DNA from: Thermoplasmata archaeon
Lineage (GTDB): Archaea > Thermoplasmatota > Thermoplasmata > Thermoplasmatales > GCA-001856825
Direction of reading: 5' to 3'
DNA length: 64,000 bases
NCBI GenBank assembly: GCA_021792255.1
Contig: JAJYUZ010000003.1
Span: forward strand, 281,032-345,031
Shown: in pieces, positions 58,665 to 64,000 of the stretch
Layout: each line of letters begins with the position of its first letter
How positions within the stretch are numbered: position 1 is the stretch's first letter
Position numbers and translations under genes: made by a program
Notes under the pieces: model-generated
What the model saw: only the letters and a program-made list of their open reading frames with translations
What the model was told of the DNA's origin: nothing
The model's database searches: none

Positions 58665-58769
58665 TTTTGTAGATATTTCAGTTTTCTACGAATTTTTAAA
58701 TTATGAATTGTATATCTTTTCAATAATCGTACCATAATCCTTAATATACTATACGGATAATTATGGTAT

Positions 58770-59276
58770 ATGGTAAGCAAAACAATACTTGCTGTAATAG
58801 TTGTGGTAGCAGTCGTAGTCGTTGGGCTGGGGGCATACAGTGCACTTACCTATGGTCATGGCACTCTAACTCTTTCTGCTGCAGATTTACCAGTAAACAG
58901 TAACGTGTCTGCCGTTTACATAACATTCTCGGCAATTTCTTTGCACAGCACTTCTACTGGCTGGACTAACTACACAATTCCGACAAAAACAGTAAACATC
59001 TATGGAGTAACGCTTAACAATTCGTCCTTCCTCGGGTCACTATCAATACCGGCAGGAAACTATACGATGATAAGGGTCTATGTTTCAGCCGTTTCCGTTG
59101 ATGTTGCGGGAACGAATGAGTCGTTCACTTTGGCATCTCAATCTGCGTTCCTTAACCATCCCTTCACCGTATCAGCCTTCTCCACGACCCACCTAACATT
59201 TGAATTCAATCTGAACCAGTGCCTAAATTTGAACTCAAAAGTGTTCACCCCTTACATTGGGATCGTCGTTTCTTAA
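58770..59276 (+). CDS. secreted/membrane-anchored DUF4382-like protein
   Basis: N-terminal TM; D.P..VYIT, IPAGNYT.IR; several N-glycosylation sequons. Confidence 0.75.
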   Translation: MVSKTILAVIVVVAVVVVGLGAYSALTYGHGTLTLSAADLPVNSNVSAVYITFSAISLHSTSTGWTNYTIPTKTVNIYGVTLNNSSFLGSLSIPAGNYTMIRVYVSAVSVDVAGTNESFTLASQSAFLNHPFTVSAFSTTHLTFEFNLNQCLNLNSKVFTPYIGIVVS

Positions 59277-59449
59277 AATAAATCATTTTTATTTTGCTTT
59301 TTTCTTTTGCTCGCCTTTAAACGCTTTGTAAACTTTATCGAACCATACTTTGACTTCCCTACCAGTGGCAAAGAATCCTGAAATCTGGTCGCTATATTTT
59401 CTGGTTTGAGAAACTAGATAGTGACTGATTTCAGTTGCCATAGAAGTAA

Positions 59450-59800
59450 TGGATATCTTGTTGAGATTCCGTCTGGGGATTGTACTTCCTTAGACGAGTC
59501 TTTTCATTACTACACCGTCGCCCCCTTAATGATCCACTCCAATATCTCCCCAATTTTCTCTTGTGGGGTTGAGAATTTGAATCCATGGCAATCTTTACGT
59601 TACCCCTAGCCTTTGATACCCAACAGGTTTGTTTGAGCGGCCCCTATTTCTGTGCGCTTACTATTGTTCTAATATTTACGCCTCTCTTTCTAGCTTCCTC
59701 GAACATTTCGACTGTGTCATCGACAGCGACTATCTCATAGAGGGCACTCTGCCTAACACTTTATGGACCCTATCATTAAATTGTGGTATGTTACCCATTT
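59450..59800 (-). pseudogene. decayed class I SAM methyltransferase
   Basis: fragments YEIVAVDDTVEMFEEARKRGVNI and FSTPQEKIGEILEWIIKGATV separated by stops. Confidence 0.5.
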
Positions 59801-59910
59801 CATTTAAAGTAGCCGTATCGAAACTTACGAAAAGGTCAGGTCCACATTTAATAACTCAAAGTGTGCTCAGCGATCTTCTGCATGGTTGAATCCAATACTT
59901 CTTTTAAAAT

Positions 59911-60306
59911 ATGACCTTCTGTGAAAGACTTATCTTGGCAATTTCCATTAAGTCATCGTTGATAACAATCACAAGGGTATACACTGGGGACCCTCCTCAG
60001 AAAGGGTATCGGATTCTTATAGACCGACTATGGCCACGAGGTATATCAAAGGAAAGATTGAGACTTGACAAGTGGATGAGAGATATTGCACCCACGAATG
60101 ATTTAAGAAAATGGTATTCACACGATCCGAGGAAATGGGATGAGTTCCGTAATAGATACTTCGTTGAACTTGACAAGAATCATCACACACGTGAATTATT
60201 AGAGATATGCCGAAAGAATGACGTAGTTTTTCTCTATTCTTCAAAGGTCGAGCATATCAATAATGCAGTAGCTCTAAAAGAGTATGTGGAGGAGCATCAG
60301 CGTTAG
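59911..60306 (+). CDS. DUF488/YeaO-family protein
   Basis: RILIDRLWPRGISKE, IAP..DLRKWY.H, NNAVALK; true start probably near 59959. Confidence 0.9.
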   Translation: MTFCERLILAISIKSSLITITRVYTGDPPQKGYRILIDRLWPRGISKERLRLDKWMRDIAPTNDLRKWYSHDPRKWDEFRNRYFVELDKNHHTRELLEICRKNDVVFLYSSKVEHINNAVALKEYVEEHQR

Positions 60307-61505
60307 CCTGTTTTGACAAGAGCCGAATTATCTTTCATCTTCTTTTCTGCGAGGAAATTAAGACTCAGCATTAGCATCACTAATACTATGAACAGAAGAA
60401 TAAGCCCAAAAGTTAGCTTGAACCCATAGAATTCTATTAGGGGTCCTCCAATCAGGGGAAGCAAGATGCCTATCGCCATCATTATTGAGAAAAAGTAACT
60501 GTTCGCAACATTTCTGGAACCTGGATCGAACGACCTTGCTATGGATAGAACAGAAAGAGGGTATGTTAAGCCGTGCGGAATTCCAAGGATCACAAGAGCG
60601 ACTATGAAAGTGGATATATTAGTAGAAATCACCATCAACAGGATACCTGCAGTCGACATGACCATTGCGACAATCATCAGTAATTTAATGTTTCTAGGAG
60701 GTTTTATGGATAGGAACAACCTTGACAGAAACGATGAAAGAAAGAAAAAAGAGAATAGAAGAGTGACCAAAGAGAGTGAGATATCAAATGTTTCCTTTTC
60801 ATAAATTCCAGCAAATGCAACGATCATCGAAAATGGTACGTTATATGCCACTATATTCAGAATTGCAGATCTAAACCCGTAGTTTCGAAGAACGTTCCCC
60901 TTTTGCATTTTTCTACTCTCCTCTGGGAATCTGATTAGAGGAGACAACAAAGTTGAAGAAGCGGCAAACGAAACAAATAGAATGAAAACTGTCCTGAGGG
61001 GATAGAATTTCAACAGATATGACTCAACAGCAGGTCCTGCTACAAGCGATAGGCTTAATGACAGTGTGTAAAGTGAAAGCGCTCTCTCCCTTACAGCAGT
61101 ATCTTTAAAGAGACCAGCTGCAGTGACTAGGTTGGGGATCATGAGGCCAAATACTGCACCAGCAATAGCAGCAAGAACCCAGATTGAGATATAATTAGCC
61201 CCCCAGAAACCAATAAACACTACGGTATAAATCACGTTTGATAATATGAAGGCCCTTCTCCTACTACGAGAGTTTAGACGTGCATTCAATAAGGCTGTAG
61301 TAATGAAAGTCATTGCAGAACTGAGAGCTGCTATTATTCCCACATCGGTCTGAGTAAAATTGAAATCGTACCTCACCAACAGAGGAATTGAGGTTTGCAA
61401 CATATTGTTGCTCGCCCTGATGAAAAATGTGATCGATAGTATCACAACTACAGTTTCAACTATCGATAGCCTTGAAATTTTCCTATCTTTTTCATCCTCA
61501 ATCAT
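60303..61505 (-). CDS. MFS transporter
   Basis: 12 TM; RASNNM, GIPHG.TYP. Confidence 0.85.
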   Translation of the reverse strand: MIEDEKDRKISRLSIVETVVVILSITFFIRASNNMLQTSIPLLVRYDFNFTQTDVGIIAALSSAMTFITTALLNARLNSRSRRRAFILSNVIYTVVFIGFWGANYISIWVLAAIAGAVFGLMIPNLVTAAGLFKDTAVRERALSLYTLSLSLSLVAGPAVESYLLKFYPLRTVFILFVSFAASSTLLSPLIRFPEESRKMQKGNVLRNYGFRSAILNIVAYNVPFSMIVAFAGIYEKETFDISLSLVTLLFSFFFLSSFLSRLFLSIKPPRNIKLLMIVAMVMSTAGILLMVISTNISTFIVALVILGIPHGLTYPLSVLSIARSFDPGSRNVANSYFFSIMMAIGILLPLIGGPLIEFYGFKLTFGLILLFIVLVMLMLSLNFLAEKKMKDNSALVKTG

Positions 61506-61846
61506 TAGAAGGTAATTACTTCGTATCCATTATTCACAAAAAATGCAAGTCTTTCTCCGAATCGAAGAAGCTCAACCCCCATCTCCTTAAGTTTTAGTTC
61601 AATTCCGAGCATTTTTGCTACGCCTACACAGGCAGAATCTACTGCACCACCCTTTACCATCTCGCTGAAGGCTTCTTTATCTTCTCCCTGGAGGGTGGTT
61701 ACATATTCCTCACTTGGCCCATACAAGAGTACCTTAGTATCTTCGTATCTCCTCGCCTTTACCTGTCTTGAAGCAGTCATGACAGCAAGCTTTGCCCTTT
61801 CTGGTGCTTCCTTTCCCGTTATCAAAAGAAATAACACTTTCGCCAT
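61505..61846 (-). CDS. DsrE-family protein
   Basis: KVLFLLITG, LYGPSE, SAC, GYEVITF; start set at MAKVLF. Confidence 0.8.
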   Translation of the reverse strand: MAKVLFLLITGKEAPERAKLAVMTASRQVKARRYEDTKVLLYGPSEEYVTTLQGEDKEAFSEMVKGGAVDSACVGVAKMLGIELKLKEMGVELLRFGERLAFFVNNGYEVITF

Positions 61847-62168
61847 GTTTTCGTTAATGCGTTTAAGTATATTAAATATATTTAAATACGAAAAGTAACT
61901 AATAAATACAAAATTCACGATTATCGAGGAACAAACAGAGAATGCACTTACAACCATTCAGCAGCCTTTAGAACCATCTATAATTTTCCTACACGATTTC
62001 AAATGATAATTCTAGAAATACGATTAGTCCACCCTGGCAGTAACCTAAGAATCTTACATTTTCATAACTGACATCAGTTTGGATAAGGTTCTGCATAGTG
62101 TCTAGAATTTTAGTAAAATATATGGACTCAATTTTAGCGTCAGAAATCGAACTTCTTTTTTATGTGAA

Positions 62169-62253
62169 TGCGGGGGGAGGGATTTGAACCCTCGAACTCC
62201 TACGAGACTAGACCCTGAATCTAGTGCCTTTGACCAAGCTCGACAACCCCCGC
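62169..62253 (-). tRNA. tRNA-Leu(CAG)
   Basis: GCGGGGG...CCCCCGC-A; CTAGA-TTCAGGG-TCTAG. Confidence 0.95.
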
Positions 62254-62398
62254 TTGATTTTCCTTATTCACAAAGCAATATTAACTTCTTCTAGAATGTC
62301 ACGAGGCAAGATGTAGACCAAACTGTTTCAATCTACGATTTGGTTTTTGGCTATATCTGGACCTCAAAAAATATGAATGAGATAGGACTGGTCTAAAC

Positions 62399-63436
62399 GT
62401 GAAATACAAAAGTTTTGGAAAAACGGGGGTTAAGGTATCAGAATTAATCCTCGGGACGTGGTACCTTCCAAATGGGATCTTCAAAGGGAAGAGGGAAGTG
62501 AGCAAGGAGAATTCAATCAAATTGATTAGGAGGGCCTACGATCTGGGAATCAACTTTTTCGATACTGCGGACGTTTACAGAGGCGTCTATGAAAGAGATG
62601 CCTTGTCACAAAACTTTGATAGGGTTGGATTTGCTGAGAAAATCCTTGGGGAAGCCCTCAGTGGTTACGACAGGGAAAGTTTCGTAGTCTCGACAAAGGT
62701 CATGGGTAGAACTGGCCCGCTAGTCAACGATTCAGGAGCAAATCGAAAACACGTAAGAAGGGCAATCAGAACAAGCCTAGAACGGCTGCAGATGGACTAT
62801 ATCGATTTCTATATAATTCACGCCCCGGACGAAGTTAGTGGAATTGATCAGATCGCAAGGACCATGAACCTTCTCGAGGATGAAGGATTGATCCTCCATT
62901 ACGGCATATCAAACCACAATGCTCTCGATTTAGTGAAATATCTGAACCTCAAGTATTTTGCACCTTTCGAACCACCAGACTTTATTCAAGACAAATACAA
63001 CTTGATAGAAAGGGAATTGGAAGGCACTAACATAAAGATCGCAGAAGACAATTCACTTGCATCCATGATATACAGTCCACTGGCACAGGGCGTTCTGGCT
63101 GGAAGATATTTAGACAAAGATGAGGGCAATTCGAGGTTGGAATACGAAAAGTGGTTCTCGAAGACTGATAAGGAAGGACACGAGAACAAGGGTTACGATC
63201 TCCATGAAAAATATAAGTCAGCCCTAGAAGAGTTGAGAGAGATGGCGAGTTCTAAGGGAGCTTCCATGTCAGAATTGGCCCTATCTTGGCTGATGCACAG
63301 AGGAAAGTACATCTTCCCTATACTCGGAGCAACCAGGTTGGAGCAACTTGAAGAGAACGTAAAGAGTACAGATATTACGCTAAGTATGTCAGAAGTTGGC
63401 GATCTAGGAAAACTCTTTGAGACCAAGAGAGGATAG
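62399..63436 (+). CDS. aldo/keto reductase
   Basis: GINFFDTADVY, STK, SLERLQMDYID, YSPLAQG. Confidence 0.93.
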   Translation: MKYKSFGKTGVKVSELILGTWYLPNGIFKGKREVSKENSIKLIRRAYDLGINFFDTADVYRGVYERDALSQNFDRVGFAEKILGEALSGYDRESFVVSTKVMGRTGPLVNDSGANRKHVRRAIRTSLERLQMDYIDFYIIHAPDEVSGIDQIARTMNLLEDEGLILHYGISNHNALDLVKYLNLKYFAPFEPPDFIQDKYNLIERELEGTNIKIAEDNSLASMIYSPLAQGVLAGRYLDKDEGNSRLEYEKWFSKTDKEGHENKGYDLHEKYKSALEELREMASSKGASMSELALSWLMHRGKYIFPILGATRLEQLEENVKSTDITLSMSEVGDLGKLFETKRG

Positions 63437-63749
63437 AATAAAATTAGGACCAACTGTATATCAAAATTAATCTCCGGGGTAATTTAAAACCTATGCCCTG
63501 ACAACCGAGAAATTGTAATCCGCTGATATGTGAAAGTACTCCTTCGCTTCAGCAAGTTCTCTTTCTCTGTATAAATCTAGCCGGGCTCGGAACATCCACT
63601 TTTACATTGAAGAACCTCTTCTTCATTTCTTCCGATGCTCTCCTCACAAGTCTTCCATCTCAAACTCTGCTCTGACCTATAGTTTCATTACGTTTTTTAA
63701 AATAAAAAATTGCTCATATATCAGCAAGGGTTAGATTGACGGATTTTAC

Positions 63750-64000
63750 AGATTTTCGATCGTTAGTAATCGCGGACTTAACGTCTCGCCTTGCGGCTTG
63801 GCGCTTACATCCCGATCCTATCAAACTTGTCTTTTACAAGAGATCTGATGACGATGCCTCTTTTCAGGGACGGTTTCGAGCTTAGATGCTTTCAGCTCTT
63901 ATCCGCATATGACGTGGCTGCCCGGCGAATGCCTTGTCAGACAACCGGTAAACTAGAGACCACGAACCCCCGTTCCTCTCGTACTAAAGGGTCCTTCCCT
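63750..64000 (-). rRNA. rrl: 23S rRNA 3' end (partial)
   Basis: sarcin-ricin loop AGTACGAGAGGAAC, GCTGAAAGCATCTAAGC, ACTAACGATC; 3' boundary approximate. Confidence 0.95.

Noticed and set aside
63500-63680. Possible antitoxin remnant on the minus strand
   Set aside because: Only a short broken frame; not supportable.
1-64000. CRISPR array, IS elements, tRNA introns, selenocysteine/pyrrolysine readthrough
   Set aside because: No regularly spaced repeats, transposases, intron-containing tRNAs or in-frame stop-split genes noticed.

Overview
Archaeal chromosomal window, most consistent with an acidophilic Thermoplasmata-like genome. Support: archaeal tRNAs without encoded CCA, TATA-type promoters, class II HMG-CoA reductase, archaeal-type ThrRS, Tsr3, and a 23S rRNA 3' end with no 5S gene after it. 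It holds about 60 protein genes, six tRNAs (Gln-TTG, Leu-TAA, Ser-GCT, Asn-GTT, probable Ile2-CAT, Leu-CAG) and the 3' end of 23S rRNA. I saw no CRISPR array, transposase or integrase. Main points of interest: (1) a tandem ECF-type ATPase fused to a purine-PRTase-like domain; (2) a 12-kb CoA-dependent organic-acid catabolic cluster with its own transporter and divergent regulator; (3) a three-gene islet (DpnI-like nuclease, cytoplasmic phosphoesterase, DNA MTase) between two convergent tRNAs; (4) a DUF1611 plus MurL/QueC-like PP-loop operon; (5) a circularly permuted MscL; (6) a cupredoxin with an atypical CuA-like loop; (7) small ORFs missing from the ORF track (a 35-aa Lys-rich peptide, a Met-rich uORF before an amino-acid permease, a 57-aa membrane protein). 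All product calls come from reading motifs by eye, without database searches.
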